This document shows, one piece after another, positions 1 through 8,935 of a DNA stretch of 64,000 nt. Within the stretch, counting starts at the first letter, position 1, and each line of letters starts with the position of its first letter. The stretch comes from a virus. Its lineage: Duplodnaviria > Caudoviricetes. A program made the translations under genes and the position numbers. The notes under the pieces are model-generated. The model saw only the letters and a list, made by a program, of their open reading frames with translations, made no database searches and was not told where the DNA came from. The stretch spans positions 5,898 through 69,897 of the IMG/VR virus record IMGVR_UViG_2974682767_000001. One strand, written 5' to 3'.

Positions 1-38
1 TGGAGTCCCAGCGCGAGGTCGTCGCCCGGCCCCCGGCC

Positions 39-2060
39 ATGATCCGCGACCGGGTAGAGGCGGCGGTGCGGGACGCTACCCCCGAGATCGACGCCTCCCC
101 GGTCGCACAGGTCGCGCCGCCGACGCCGGACCCGGTGCCCGACATCGAGGTGGTCGTGGTCAACCAGCGCCAGGCGGCGGCGAGCGTCCTGACGCCGGGC
201 AGCGAGGCTGTGCGCGACGTGGCCCGGCTGTCGGGCTACCAGGCGGCGGGCGTGCAGAACGCGGCGGTTATCCGCGCCGCGATGCTGTCCGAGGACGAGC
301 TGGAGAAAACGTGGATTGCCACGATTGACGGCAAGACGCGCAACACCCATTTCGCCGCCGACGGCCAGCGCGCACCCTTGGCCGGTACTTTCACGGTGGG
401 CGGCGCATCGCTGCGTTTCCCCGGCGACCCCGACGGGCCACCCGATGAGGTCGCCAACTGCCGGTGTCGCGTGGGCGTGCTGGCACCCGACGAGGAGCTG
501 CCCGATGAGGTTGACCGCCACACCGAACGCCTCAACGGGCGCGACTCGGTGCAGCGCAACCGCGTCGGCAGCCAGGCCGACGAGATCAACCGGCGGGCGG
601 CGGATGGCGTCGTCCGCGCCCGCGACGAGGTGGACCAGCAGGGGCGGGTCACCGCTGCGGGCGGATGGACCGCCCCGAGTGAACAGGAGTACGACATGCC
701 AGGCCAGCGCGTAGTCAACACCGAGCAGGGCGGCAGCACCGTGGTGCTTGCCGACGGGTCGGGCGAGTCCGAGACGTTCCGCACGTTCACCGACCAGCCC
801 ATCGCATTCATCGGCATCGAGACGAGCGACGGGCGGATGCTCCAGGACGGCATTGACCTGTCGTTCCGCGATTTCCCGCTGCCGGTCATGTGGTGCGAGC
901 AGTCGTCCGGTGGCCACTACGACAGCTACACCGTGGGCGTGTGCGAGTCGGCCAAGGTGGACGGCGACACCGTGCGCGGGTCCGGCTACTGGCTGAACAC
1001 CGACAAGGCCAACGACTCGTTCGAGACGGCGGGCAAGTTGGTCAGCCGCCCCTCGGTGGACCTGGCAGCCACCGAGTGGATGCTGACCGACGAGAACGGC
1101 AAAGAGATCACCGAGGAGGAGTGGTGGGACCTGCCCATCGACGCCAAGGTCATCCAGTGCATCACCAAGGCCGAGCTGATCGGTTTCACGATGGTGGCCA
1201 CGCCCGCGTTCGGCGATACCCGTATCGAGTTCAACCCCGAGCGCGAGAGTCGAGACGCCGCCATCGTCGCCAGCGCCGCCGATGAGTTCCGGCCCCGCGT
1301 CTACCCGGCGGGCATGTTCGCCGACCCCGGCCTGACCGAGCCGACCGAGATTCACATGCGCGAGGACGGGCGCATCGTCGGTCATCTGGCGTGCTTCGGT
1401 GCCTGCCACCGCAGCATCCAGTCGGCGTGTGTCATGGCCCCGCGCTCGCCGTCGCAGTACAGCCAGTTCCTCACGTCGCCCTCGGTGGCCCTGGACAACG
1501 GCAGCCGCCAGCGCGTCGGTCGGCTGACCGTCGGCACCGGCCACGCGCCGGACACCGCGAGCGCGGCGGTGGCGATGGCCCACTACGACAACACCGGGGC
1601 GTGCTTTGCCCTCGTCAACGTCGGCGAGGACAGCCACGGCATCTGGGTGTCGGGCGTGGCCGCGCCGTGGGCGACGGCGGAACAGATCGAGATGGGTCTG
1701 GCCGCACCGCTGTCGGGCGACTGGCGCGATTTCGGCCAGGGGTTGGACCTCATCGCCGCCCTGGCCGTCAACACGCCGGGGTTCGCCGTGCGTGGCCGCG
1801 ACGACGCGCAGGGCCGTCCGGTCGCCCTGGTCGCCAGCCTCGGCCCCGCGCCGACCGGCGAGCGCGGCAAGTCCGGCGCGGCGCTGTCGGCGTCGGCCAT
1901 CGAGGACATCGTGACGCGGGCCGTCACCGCCGCGCTGGCGCAGCGCGACACCGACGCCGAGGTGGCCAGCCTGCTGGCTGCCGTCCCGGCCAAGGCTGGC
2001 CCGGCACCCACGCCGCCGTCGCCCGAGGACGAGGTGGCCGAGCTGCTGGCGCGCATCTGA
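39..2060 (+). CDS. MuF-like minor head protein fused to capsid maturation protease (5' end probably outside window)
   Basis: Frame is open back to base 3. MuF-like C-terminal motif KTWIAT-DGKTR-TH...FPGDP...EVANCRC, then a long domain upstream of the capsid gene in the position of the protease. Confidence 0.8.
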   Translation: MIRDRVEAAVRDATPEIDASPVAQVAPPTPDPVPDIEVVVVNQRQAAASVLTPGSEAVRDVARLSGYQAAGVQNAAVIRAAMLSEDELEKTWIATIDGKTRNTHFAADGQRAPLAGTFTVGGASLRFPGDPDGPPDEVANCRCRVGVLAPDEELPDEVDRHTERLNGRDSVQRNRVGSQADEINRRAADGVVRARDEVDQQGRVTAAGGWTAPSEQEYDMPGQRVVNTEQGGSTVVLADGSGESETFRTFTDQPIAFIGIETSDGRMLQDGIDLSFRDFPLPVMWCEQSSGGHYDSYTVGVCESAKVDGDTVRGSGYWLNTDKANDSFETAGKLVSRPSVDLAATEWMLTDENGKEITEEEWWDLPIDAKVIQCITKAELIGFTMVATPAFGDTRIEFNPERESRDAAIVASAADEFRPRVYPAGMFADPGLTEPTEIHMREDGRIVGHLACFGACHRSIQSACVMAPRSPSQYSQFLTSPSVALDNGSRQRVGRLTVGTGHAPDTASAAVAMAHYDNTGACFALVNVGEDSHGIWVSGVAAPWATAEQIEMGLAAPLSGDWRDFGQGLDLIAALAVNTPGFAVRGRDDAQGRPVALVASLGPAPTGERGKSGAALSASAIEDIVTRAVTAALAQRDTDAEVASLLAAVPAKAGPAPTPPSPEDEVAELLARI

Positions 2061-2296
2061 TGGGGTGCTCATGCGGCGGCAAGACGAGCGCCAACAGCAG
2101 CGACACCCTCGGGTACTACGTCGTGCTGCCCAACGGCGGCGGCATCCTGCCCGAGGGGTTCGACCCGGCGACGTTCGACCCCGAGGACCGCACGGCGGTC
2201 GCGCCGTATTTCGGCGTCTACGAGGCCAACGCGCAGGTGACCCTCAACCGGGGCGGCACCATCAAGCGCCTCAAGCGCAAACCGGCAGCCGCCTAA
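2060..2296 (+). CDS. small hypothetical head-region protein beginning MGCSCGG
   Basis: ATG overlaps the previous TGA; 78 aa; GC3-biased codons. Confidence 0.75.
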   Translation: MGCSCGGKTSANSSDTLGYYVVLPNGGGILPEGFDPATFDPEDRTAVAPYFGVYEANAQVTLNRGGTIKRLKRKPAAA

Positions 2297-2336
2297 ACGA
2301 CCGAACCCCCGACCGCGAGGCCGGGGGTTCGTCGTT
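2296..2336. terminator. probable bidirectional intrinsic terminator
   Basis: AACGACCGAACCCCCG...CGGGGGTTCGTCGTT inverted repeat between convergent stops. Confidence 0.75.
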
Positions 2337-2343
2337 GGTGGGG

Positions 2344-2652
2344 TCAGGCGTGGTTCTTGCCGTGGTTCTCGCCGCCGCAGGAACAATCGCAGCTCGCGCC
2401 GACCGCGCCCATGCAGACCCCGTTGCACACTTTCTCGGGGGCCAGCGTTGCCTCAAGCTGGTTCCAGGTCAGGTGGCGGGTGTGCTCGGTGCAGAACAGC
2501 CCGGCGGCGACCAGCGCGTCACCGTTGTAGCCGCCGTAGAAGATGGGCATACCGTTGGCCAGGTAGGGCGCGCCGTCGATGACCCGGCGAGTCTTGCACC
2601 CGCGAGTGGTGCAGCGTCCGAAATAGCGGTCCAGCTTGATCTTGGTGGCCAT
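2344..2652 (-). CDS. Cys/His-rich hypothetical protein (102 aa) inserted antisense in the head module
   Basis: AGGAG RBS before ATG 2652; C-terminal CNGVCMGAVGASCDCSCGGENHG. Confidence 0.8.
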   Translation of the reverse strand: MATKIKLDRYFGRCTTRGCKTRRVIDGAPYLANGMPIFYGGYNGDALVAAGLFCTEHTRHLTWNQLEATLAPEKVCNGVCMGAVGASCDCSCGGENHGKNHA

Positions 2653-2671
2653 GTCTGTCTCCTGCGGCGAG

Positions 2672-2727
2672 GGCGGGCCATTCCCGCCGAACAAGAACGA
2701 CAATACCGTAAAACTCGGGATTGTCAA
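2672..2727 (-). promoter_or_regulatory. conserved promoter cassette (TTGACA-16-TATTGT plus stem)
   Basis: TTGACA ATCCCGAGTTTTACGG TATTGT, then GGCGGG-AATGG-CCCGCC. Confidence 0.85.
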
Positions 2728-2747
2728 ACCCAGCTCGCCAGGAGTTT

Positions 2748-2767
2748 GCACACCCGTCGTCTACGGT
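2748..2767 (+). promoter_or_regulatory. candidate GCAC-N10-TAnnnT promoter for the capsid gene
   Basis: GCAC acccgtcgtc TACGGT; same geometry at four other structural/lysis genes. Confidence 0.55.
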
Positions 2768-2854
2768 TCGGCAGCAGAGGGAACCTGCCCGGTTGTGTAC
2801 CGAGGGACGCTCACCGCAGACCAACGAGTTAGTGACCGAACCGAGGAGTTCGCA

Positions 2855-4726
2855 GTGACCATCCTGACGCCGACGGCCCCGGCCCGTCGCATCATCCGCC
2901 TCCACGGCGTGGGCCAGTTCACCGCCGCCGTCGGGTTCCAGATGCCCGACGCGGACGCCATCGCCGCCATGAGCGTGGCCGAGCTGGACGCCCTGCTGGA
3001 GGCCGCACGCGCCGAGGCGCATGTGTTCGAGGCACAGCACGCCGCTGGCCGCACCCTGTCCGCCGACGACATCAGCGCGCTGCGTGCGCTCGTCGGTGAG
3101 GGCGAGGCCATCGACACCCTGGAGGCCGCGCGGGCAACCGCCGTCGCCGCCGAGGCCGACCACAGCGCCGAGCTGGGCGACCTGCTGTCCCGTGCCGCCG
3201 GTCGGCGCGCACCCGAGGCACCGGCTGGCACCCCAGCCAACGGTGGCCCCGAGGGCGAGCAGAACGACGACGAGGACGGCAACGCCGACGGCGCGACCGA
3301 CACCGGCCAGGCCGGTACCGGCGAGCAGCCGCCCGCCGCGTCCGCGCCGGGTGACGCCGCACCGCAGACCGATGCCGTGGCCGCGAGCGCGGGCACGACC
3401 GGCGCGCAGCGCGGTGTCAATTTCGGCAACACCGGCACCGACGCCCCGCCCGCTGGCGGGGGCGATGCGCCCGAGCCGGGCTGGGAACTGAACCCCAGCG
3501 TTCCCGGCTACACCTCGGGCCAGTCGCGCGTCGGGTTCGCGGGCATCGCCCAGCGACTCGATGCCATCCGGCCCGGCAGCCGTGCCGCGCGCAACGGCAA
3601 GCCGCGCACGATGGACGGCCAGTCGTTCACTGCGCAGGTGGTCGCCGCGCTGTCCCGCGACATGCCGGTGGTGGACGACCCGCACGCGCTGGTCGCCGCC
3701 ATCAACACCGCCACCAGCCAGGTGAACGGCCAGCGCGTCACCGCGCAGGCGCTCACGGCTGCCGGTGGCTGGTGCGCGCCGTCGGAACAGCTCTACGACT
3801 TCTGCGATGTGCCGGACGCGACTGACCTGCTGTCGCTGCCGGAAATCGCCATCAACCGGGGCGGCGTCCGCTGGCCGCGCGAACCCGACCTGTCCGGCAT
3901 CTTCGAGGACTTCGAGTGGTTCTTTACGGAACCCGAGCTGGAGGCCACCGACGCCGAGGGCAACCCCACCGCCGTCAAGACGTGCGTGGAGGTCCCGTGC
4001 CCCGAGGACTTCGATGAGATCCGTCTCAACGCGGTCGGCTGGTGCGTGGAGGCGGGCATCCTCCAGGAGCAGGGCTGGCCCGAGCTGATCGAGTGGTTCA
4101 TGCGCTCGCTGACGCAGGAGCACCTGCGGGCGCTGTCCCGCCGGTCCATCCTCAACATCGTCGCCGGTTCGGGTGCCGCCAAGGTCATCCCGCCCGCCTC
4201 GGTGCTGGGGTCGGTCGCCTCGGTGCTCAACAGCCTCGCGCTGGTCGCCACGAACATCCGCCTCAAGCGGGGTCTGTCGCGCACGGCGACCATCGAGGGC
4301 ATCGCGCCGTCGTGGTTCTTCGAGGTCCTGCGCGCTGACCTGGCGTTCCGCGAGGGCACCGACACGTTCGCCGTCACCGACGCCCAGATTCTCGGGTGGC
4401 TGACGGCGCGCAACATCGCGCTCCAGTTCGTGGGTGACTGGCAGACCCGTTCGGCGGGGCTGCCCGGTCACATGGACACCCTCAAGTGGCCGACCACGGT
4501 GGACATCGTGATGTACCCGGCGGGCACCTGGTTCCGTTCGATGTCCAACGTCATCGAGCTGGGCGTCATGTACCCCAAGGAACAGCTCCAGGTCAACCGC
4601 TTCACCCGCATGTTCACCGAGGACGCCATCGCGGTGGGCAAGCGGTGCGGTGAGTCCGCCCTGGTGCGGGTCCCGCTGGACGTGAACGGTGCCATCGGCG
4701 AGCGGCTGGCAGCCAGCAACGCCTAA
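2855..4726 (+). CDS. major capsid protein with N-terminal fused scaffold region
   Basis: GAGGAG RBS before GTG 2855; acidic Ala-rich helical/low-complexity N-terminal half followed by a ~320 aa shell domain starting near AAGGWCAPSEQLYD; position after protease. Confidence 0.85.
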   Translation: MTILTPTAPARRIIRLHGVGQFTAAVGFQMPDADAIAAMSVAELDALLEAARAEAHVFEAQHAAGRTLSADDISALRALVGEGEAIDTLEAARATAVAAEADHSAELGDLLSRAAGRRAPEAPAGTPANGGPEGEQNDDEDGNADGATDTGQAGTGEQPPAASAPGDAAPQTDAVAASAGTTGAQRGVNFGNTGTDAPPAGGGDAPEPGWELNPSVPGYTSGQSRVGFAGIAQRLDAIRPGSRAARNGKPRTMDGQSFTAQVVAALSRDMPVVDDPHALVAAINTATSQVNGQRVTAQALTAAGGWCAPSEQLYDFCDVPDATDLLSLPEIAINRGGVRWPREPDLSGIFEDFEWFFTEPELEATDAEGNPTAVKTCVEVPCPEDFDEIRLNAVGWCVEAGILQEQGWPELIEWFMRSLTQEHLRALSRRSILNIVAGSGAAKVIPPASVLGSVASVLNSLALVATNIRLKRGLSRTATIEGIAPSWFFEVLRADLAFREGTDTFAVTDAQILGWLTARNIALQFVGDWQTRSAGLPGHMDTLKWPTTVDIVMYPAGTWFRSMSNVIELGVMYPKEQLQVNRFTRMFTEDAIAVGKRCGESALVRVPLDVNGAIGERLAASNA

Positions 4727-4826
4727 GCGCGCCGCGTAGCAGACTGGAGGCGGTAATCGTGGTCAACCCGAGGCCGACCACGATTGCCGCCTCCTCCACG
4801 TTCACCCCCAGGAGGGACCGACCGAC

Positions 4827-5621
4827 ATGACCGCCCCCGTTCTCGATGCCGTGCAGTTCACCGCGCCGCCGCTGAACCCCGCCGTTCCCGGCCTGTTCGC
4901 CGCGACCGACTGGCAGAACGACCCAGACAATCGGTTCCTCCACGGTGTCGTCATCCGTGGGGCGAACTACGGCGGCGACGAGGCCGCAGGCGTGTGGCAT
5001 GCGCCCTGGTGCGCGCCGCCGCCCATCGACCAGGATGAGCGCAAGTTCGGCGAGCGCCCCGACATCCACGACCGTTTCGACCCCATCACCGTGTGGGCAT
5101 ACGACGAGTGCGACCTGACCGAGCCGTCCCGGCGCGAGGTCGAGGCACGCGCGGCGCAAATCCTGCGGCTGGAGGAACAGCCGATGGTGGAGCGCGAGTT
5201 CGCCGCCCGGCTGCTGCTGGACGCTGGCGACCCCGACGTGGCCGACGCCACCGGCATCGAGACTCGGCCCAACCTCAAGGCGGCGGTGGCCTACCTGGAG
5301 GGCGAGATCGCCAAGACGAACACGATGGCGTTTCTGCACGTCGCCGCCGACCTGGTGGCGACCGAGGCCGGGCTGTTCGTCAAGTCCGGCACCCAGCGGG
5401 TCAGCCCGTCCGGCCATACGTGGATCATCGGCGGCGGCTACGTGGACGGCCTGGAGAACGTCATCGTGGCCACGTCGCAGCCGTTCGGCTGGCGGGACGC
5501 GCCGACCACGCGGACGGCCATTGACGAGCGCCACAATCTCTACGCTGCCGTTGCGGAGCGTAGCGTCACCATCGGTTACGAGGCACTGATTGCCGCCGTC
5601 GCCGTCGTCCCGGCACCGTAG
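4827..5621 (+). CDS. putative minor capsid/decoration protein
   Basis: Directly follows the capsid gene; GGAGG RBS; 264 aa. Confidence 0.6.
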   Translation: MTAPVLDAVQFTAPPLNPAVPGLFAATDWQNDPDNRFLHGVVIRGANYGGDEAAGVWHAPWCAPPPIDQDERKFGERPDIHDRFDPITVWAYDECDLTEPSRREVEARAAQILRLEEQPMVEREFAARLLLDAGDPDVADATGIETRPNLKAAVAYLEGEIAKTNTMAFLHVAADLVATEAGLFVKSGTQRVSPSGHTWIIGGGYVDGLENVIVATSQPFGWRDAPTTRTAIDERHNLYAAVAERSVTIGYEALIAAVAVVPAP

Positions 5622-5634
5622 GAGGAACAGGACC

Positions 5635-6633
5635 ATGCCCGAGGGAATCATCGCCACCGACCACGGTGACGGGTTCGTCACCCTGGATTTCGTGGACAAG
5701 GCGCTGCGTGGCCCGGCACTGGCCGAGCTGGTGGAGATCGGCGGTGCCGCGAGCATCGAGACGATTTCGCGCGTCGGCCCGCGCCGCCAGTACCGCGTGC
5801 CGCTGGGCAACGCCACCGAGGCGGGGCTGGTGGACGACGAGAACACCGTGGAGGGTGTGCGCTCGGCGGGCCAGGACACCGGGCGCGCCGCTGCCCTCAA
5901 GGCGGCGGACCCGAACGTCAACCCCGGCGCGGACAATGCCGATTGGCACACCCCCGTGGCCGAGCACACCAGTGCCAACGCCTACGTGGGCCAGGTGCCC
6001 AACAGCCAGGTGTTGGACCGTGCGCAGGTGTTCACCGGGGACGCGGGCAGCTACGGCGGCAGCGGCAAGGCCACCACCCACCGCGACCTCATCGAGCACG
6101 TCAAGGCGAACAGCTCGGTGCTGGCCGTCGGCGGCGTGCAGCCCGCCACCGAGGGGTTCGCCCCGATGGCGATGCGGGCGTCCGAGATCAGTGGCGCGCT
6201 GGCCGACCAGACCGCCGCGCTGGGGTCCGACCCCGGCGCGTGGGGTGAGCCGGGCGGCGAGGCGCTGGCCGAGGATTACACCAGCGTCCAGGCCACCCGC
6301 GAGGGCGAGTCCGCGCAGGGCGAGGACCAGACCGGCGATGCCGTCATCACCAACGACCCCGGTGTGTCGGACAGCCCGACGCCGCCGACCATCGTGGAGG
6401 GCGGCGACCCGACGACCGGCGACCCCGGCACGCAGGGCGGCGACGAGCCGACCACGCTGGAGCCGACCCCGGCACCGGCCACGCAGCCGTATCCCGAGGG
6501 CACGCCGACCGAGGACTGGAAGCGTGCCGAGCTGGACGCCTACGCCCTCGCGGTCAAGGGCATCGACACCACCCAGGAACCGAACAAGGCGGCGGTGGTC
6601 GCGGCCATCCAGAACGCCCCGACGCCGACGTGA
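5635..6633 (+). CDS. hypothetical virion-region protein with acidic Pro/Thr linker and short C-terminal helical domain
   Basis: GGAGG RBS; C-terminus PTEDWKRAELDAYA...NKAAVVAAI resembles HeH/SAP-like bihelical modules. Confidence 0.7.
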   Translation: MPEGIIATDHGDGFVTLDFVDKALRGPALAELVEIGGAASIETISRVGPRRQYRVPLGNATEAGLVDDENTVEGVRSAGQDTGRAAALKAADPNVNPGADNADWHTPVAEHTSANAYVGQVPNSQVLDRAQVFTGDAGSYGGSGKATTHRDLIEHVKANSSVLAVGGVQPATEGFAPMAMRASEISGALADQTAALGSDPGAWGEPGGEALAEDYTSVQATREGESAQGEDQTGDAVITNDPGVSDSPTPPTIVEGGDPTTGDPGTQGGDEPTTLEPTPAPATQPYPEGTPTEDWKRAELDAYALAVKGIDTTQEPNKAAVVAAIQNAPTPT

Positions 6634-6663
6634 TGACCAGTCATTACAACCGGGGATGAGCAG

Positions 6664-7137
6664 ATGAACCAGGCCGACCGCCTGGCGCTGGCCGACAAGC
6701 TGGCAGCCGAGCACACGCGCTACGTCGATTTCGTGCGAACAGCCACCGTGCTGCTCGGCCTGCTGCCGATGATGTATGGAGGTCTGACGTGGGTCTACGG
6801 CGACCGCCTGTGGGCGGGCAACGCGGTGTACGGGACCGCGATGGGGGTGCCGGGCGCACCGCAGTCGTGGGGCGTCCTGTTCGTAACGCTGGGGGTGGGC
6901 GTCATCGCGTCGGCCCGGCTGGGGCGGCGGCGCTGCATCGCGGGGTTTACCCTCGCCTCGGCCTTGATGCTGGCCATGTTCATGGTCACGTTTCTCACCG
7001 AGGTGGTTGGCAACGGCCAGGTCCAGGCGCTACCGCCCGCCCTGGTCTATGGCATCGTTTCGCTGCTGTTCTTGTCCCGGTCCCGCATGGCGTGGGTCGG
7101 TCGCCGTCCTCGGCGGCAGAAAGGGTCGGCTGGCTGA
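6664..7137 (+). CDS. membrane protein (about 4 TM)
   Basis: Four hydrophobic segments and a basic C-terminus. Confidence 0.75.
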   Translation: MNQADRLALADKLAAEHTRYVDFVRTATVLLGLLPMMYGGLTWVYGDRLWAGNAVYGTAMGVPGAPQSWGVLFVTLGVGVIASARLGRRRCIAGFTLASALMLAMFMVTFLTEVVGNGQVQALPPALVYGIVSLLFLSRSRMAWVGRRPRRQKGSAG

Positions 7138-7628
7138 TGGCCGTTACTTCACGGGTGGGGCGCTGGCTCGCTCACACCCGGTTCGTTCCTACCCCGCTGT
7201 ACCGCCTGGTGCTGCTCGCCGCTGGCGTCTCGGCGGTGCTCCAGCTCGTCTACGGCGCACCCGAGTCGGTCACGGCCACCAGCCAGGCCGGGTGGTTTGA
7301 CTGGCTGTTCGTGGGGTTCCAGCTCGTCGGCGCGGTGTGCGCCATCTGGGGGCTGTACCTGGTGGAGGGTGAGAACGCGCCCCCGTGGGTGGAGTCGCCC
7401 GGCGACCCGCACACCATCGACCCCGAGAAACTACAGCGGTCGTTGACGCTGGAGCTGTTCGGCCTGATCCTGCTGCAAACGTGCATGGCCATCCAGATCG
7501 TGGCGACCATCGCCTACAACGGGCGGGTGCCGTCGGCGCTGTCCACATGGGTGGTCATCGTGTTCTGGCTATGGTCGTTTTTCCGTGACCGCGACATCAT
7601 CCGCGCCGTTCGGCGGCTGACCCGATGA
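7137..7628 (+). CDS. membrane protein (about 4 TM)
   Basis: ATG overlaps the prior TGA; hydrophobic segments. Confidence 0.75.
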   Translation: MAVTSRVGRWLAHTRFVPTPLYRLVLLAAGVSAVLQLVYGAPESVTATSQAGWFDWLFVGFQLVGAVCAIWGLYLVEGENAPPWVESPGDPHTIDPEKLQRSLTLELFGLILLQTCMAIQIVATIAYNGRVPSALSTWVVIVFWLWSFFRDRDIIRAVRRLTR

Positions 7629-7957
7629 CTGCCGCCCTGGTGCTCCAGATGATCGGCGGGGCTGGATTCCTCGCCGGGGTGGCGGCGCTGCTGCACTTTC
7701 TCAACACCCGCAAGTCCACCAAGACCAAGGGCAGCGCCGAGGCGTACCAGGCGTACCGCACGTTCGTCGCCGGGGCGTTCGAGGACGCCGCCGGGGTGAC
7801 TAGTCGAGTGACCGCCGACCGCGACAAACTCGGGGTCATCCGCACGGTGCTCATCGAGCTGGTCCAGGACGTGATGAGTCTGGCCCGGCGCAAGGGCGCA
7901 ACCCCCGACGAGCTGGAGCCGTACCAGGACCGACTCGATGAGGTGCGCAGCCGGTAG
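7625..7957 (+). CDS. single-TM membrane protein with soluble helical C-terminus
   Basis: ATGA overlap; N-terminal hydrophobic helix. Confidence 0.75.
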   Translation: MTAALVLQMIGGAGFLAGVAALLHFLNTRKSTKTKGSAEAYQAYRTFVAGAFEDAAGVTSRVTADRDKLGVIRTVLIELVQDVMSLARRKGATPDELEPYQDRLDEVRSR

Positions 7958-7959
7958 CT

Positions 7960-7979
7960 GCACGGTCCTGGCCTATGGT
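7960..7979 (+). promoter_or_regulatory. candidate GCAC-N10-TAnnnT promoter for the major tail gene
   Basis: GCAC ggtcctggcc TATGGT. Confidence 0.55.
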
Positions 7980-8042
7980 CGGGGCAACCTCGGAACACGA
8001 CCCCCGGCGCGTAGCGCCACCTGATCCAGGAGGAACGACCAG

Positions 8043-8843
8043 ATGGCTGGCAGCTTTCCGCTCGTCAAGGGCACGCGCGCCCGCTTCACCAAGGTCAACG
8101 GCTGCGGTATGCCCGTGGCCGGGCCACGCAACCGGCTGGTCACCAGCGGCTATGTGTCGCTCGGTCTGACCGCCGTCATGCGTGAGGCCACCGACCTCAC
8201 GCAGGACAACGCCGAGGGCAAGGAATGCGTGCAGGACCGCACCGAGCCGGAACGCCGCTGGTACACCCCGGCGCTGGAGCTGTGCCAGGTGGACCCCGAC
8301 GTGGTGACCATGTTCACCGGCTGGGAGACGATCCTGGACGCCGACGGCAAGGTCATCGGGTTCCAGGACGACAAGAAAATCGAGTCCGACTACGCCATCG
8401 CGATGGAGCTGTGGACCTCGGGCAAGTCGGCGGACGACTGCCCCGACCTCCCCGAGTCCGACGCCATCCTGACGGCGACCGGCAGCGGTCGGCAGTACGG
8501 GTATTTCCTGTTCGCCGGTACCGAGTGGGTCCCCGGTGACATCACCATCTCGGCGTCGGTGGCCACCCTCACCCTGACGGGGCGCACCATCGCGCTGCCG
8601 CACTGGGGCAAGGGGCCGTACAACGTCCAGGCCGACGGCGACGGCGATGCCGTGCGCCTGCTGACCCCGATGAACAAGACGGCGCACCTGCGCGTGTTCC
8701 GCACGCCCATCGCGCCGCCCGAGGTCACCGACGGCGCTGTGGCGCTGGCGACCTCCACGGTGTTCACCGGGACCAACTACTACTACGGCGGTCCCGCCGA
8801 CGAGGCACCCATCGCGGTCGCACCCGCGCAGGTGGCCGCGTAA
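8043..8843 (+). CDS. major tail protein
   Basis: GGAGG RBS; beta-rich 266 aa; followed by a terminator; cluster-B-like position. Confidence 0.8.
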   Translation: MAGSFPLVKGTRARFTKVNGCGMPVAGPRNRLVTSGYVSLGLTAVMREATDLTQDNAEGKECVQDRTEPERRWYTPALELCQVDPDVVTMFTGWETILDADGKVIGFQDDKKIESDYAIAMELWTSGKSADDCPDLPESDAILTATGSGRQYGYFLFAGTEWVPGDITISASVATLTLTGRTIALPHWGKGPYNVQADGDGDAVRLLTPMNKTAHLRVFRTPIAPPEVTDGAVALATSTVFTGTNYYYGGPADEAPIAVAPAQVAA

Positions 8844-8865
8844 GCTCGGCGCATCAGCGAAGCGA

Positions 8866-8899
8866 CAACCGCCCTCGGCCCTCGGGTCGGGGGCGGTTG
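8866..8899 (+). terminator. intrinsic terminator after major tail gene
   Basis: CAACCGCCCTCGGCC-CTCG-GGTCGGGGGCGGTTG stem. Confidence 0.7.
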
Positions 8900-8909
8900 C
8901 CGTTGATGA

Positions 8910-8929
8910 GCACTGCTGGGCGGTAGCCT
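8910..8929 (+). promoter_or_regulatory. candidate GCAC-N10-TAnnnT leaderless promoter
   Basis: GCAC tgctgggcgg TAGCCT; GTG start 6 nt downstream; no SD. Confidence 0.6.
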
Positions 8930-8935
8930 GGCCCC

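Noticed and set aside
2754-2766. Isolated CCG-N7-CGG upstream of the capsid gene
   Set aside because: CCG-N7-CGG alone is expected often in GC-rich DNA, and here no TAnnnT follows it. I only counted sites adjacent to a -10 box.
2636-2854. ORF-track start of the capsid gene at 2636
   Set aside because: It runs through the opposite-strand promoter cassette and has no RBS; GTG 2855 has GAGGAG.
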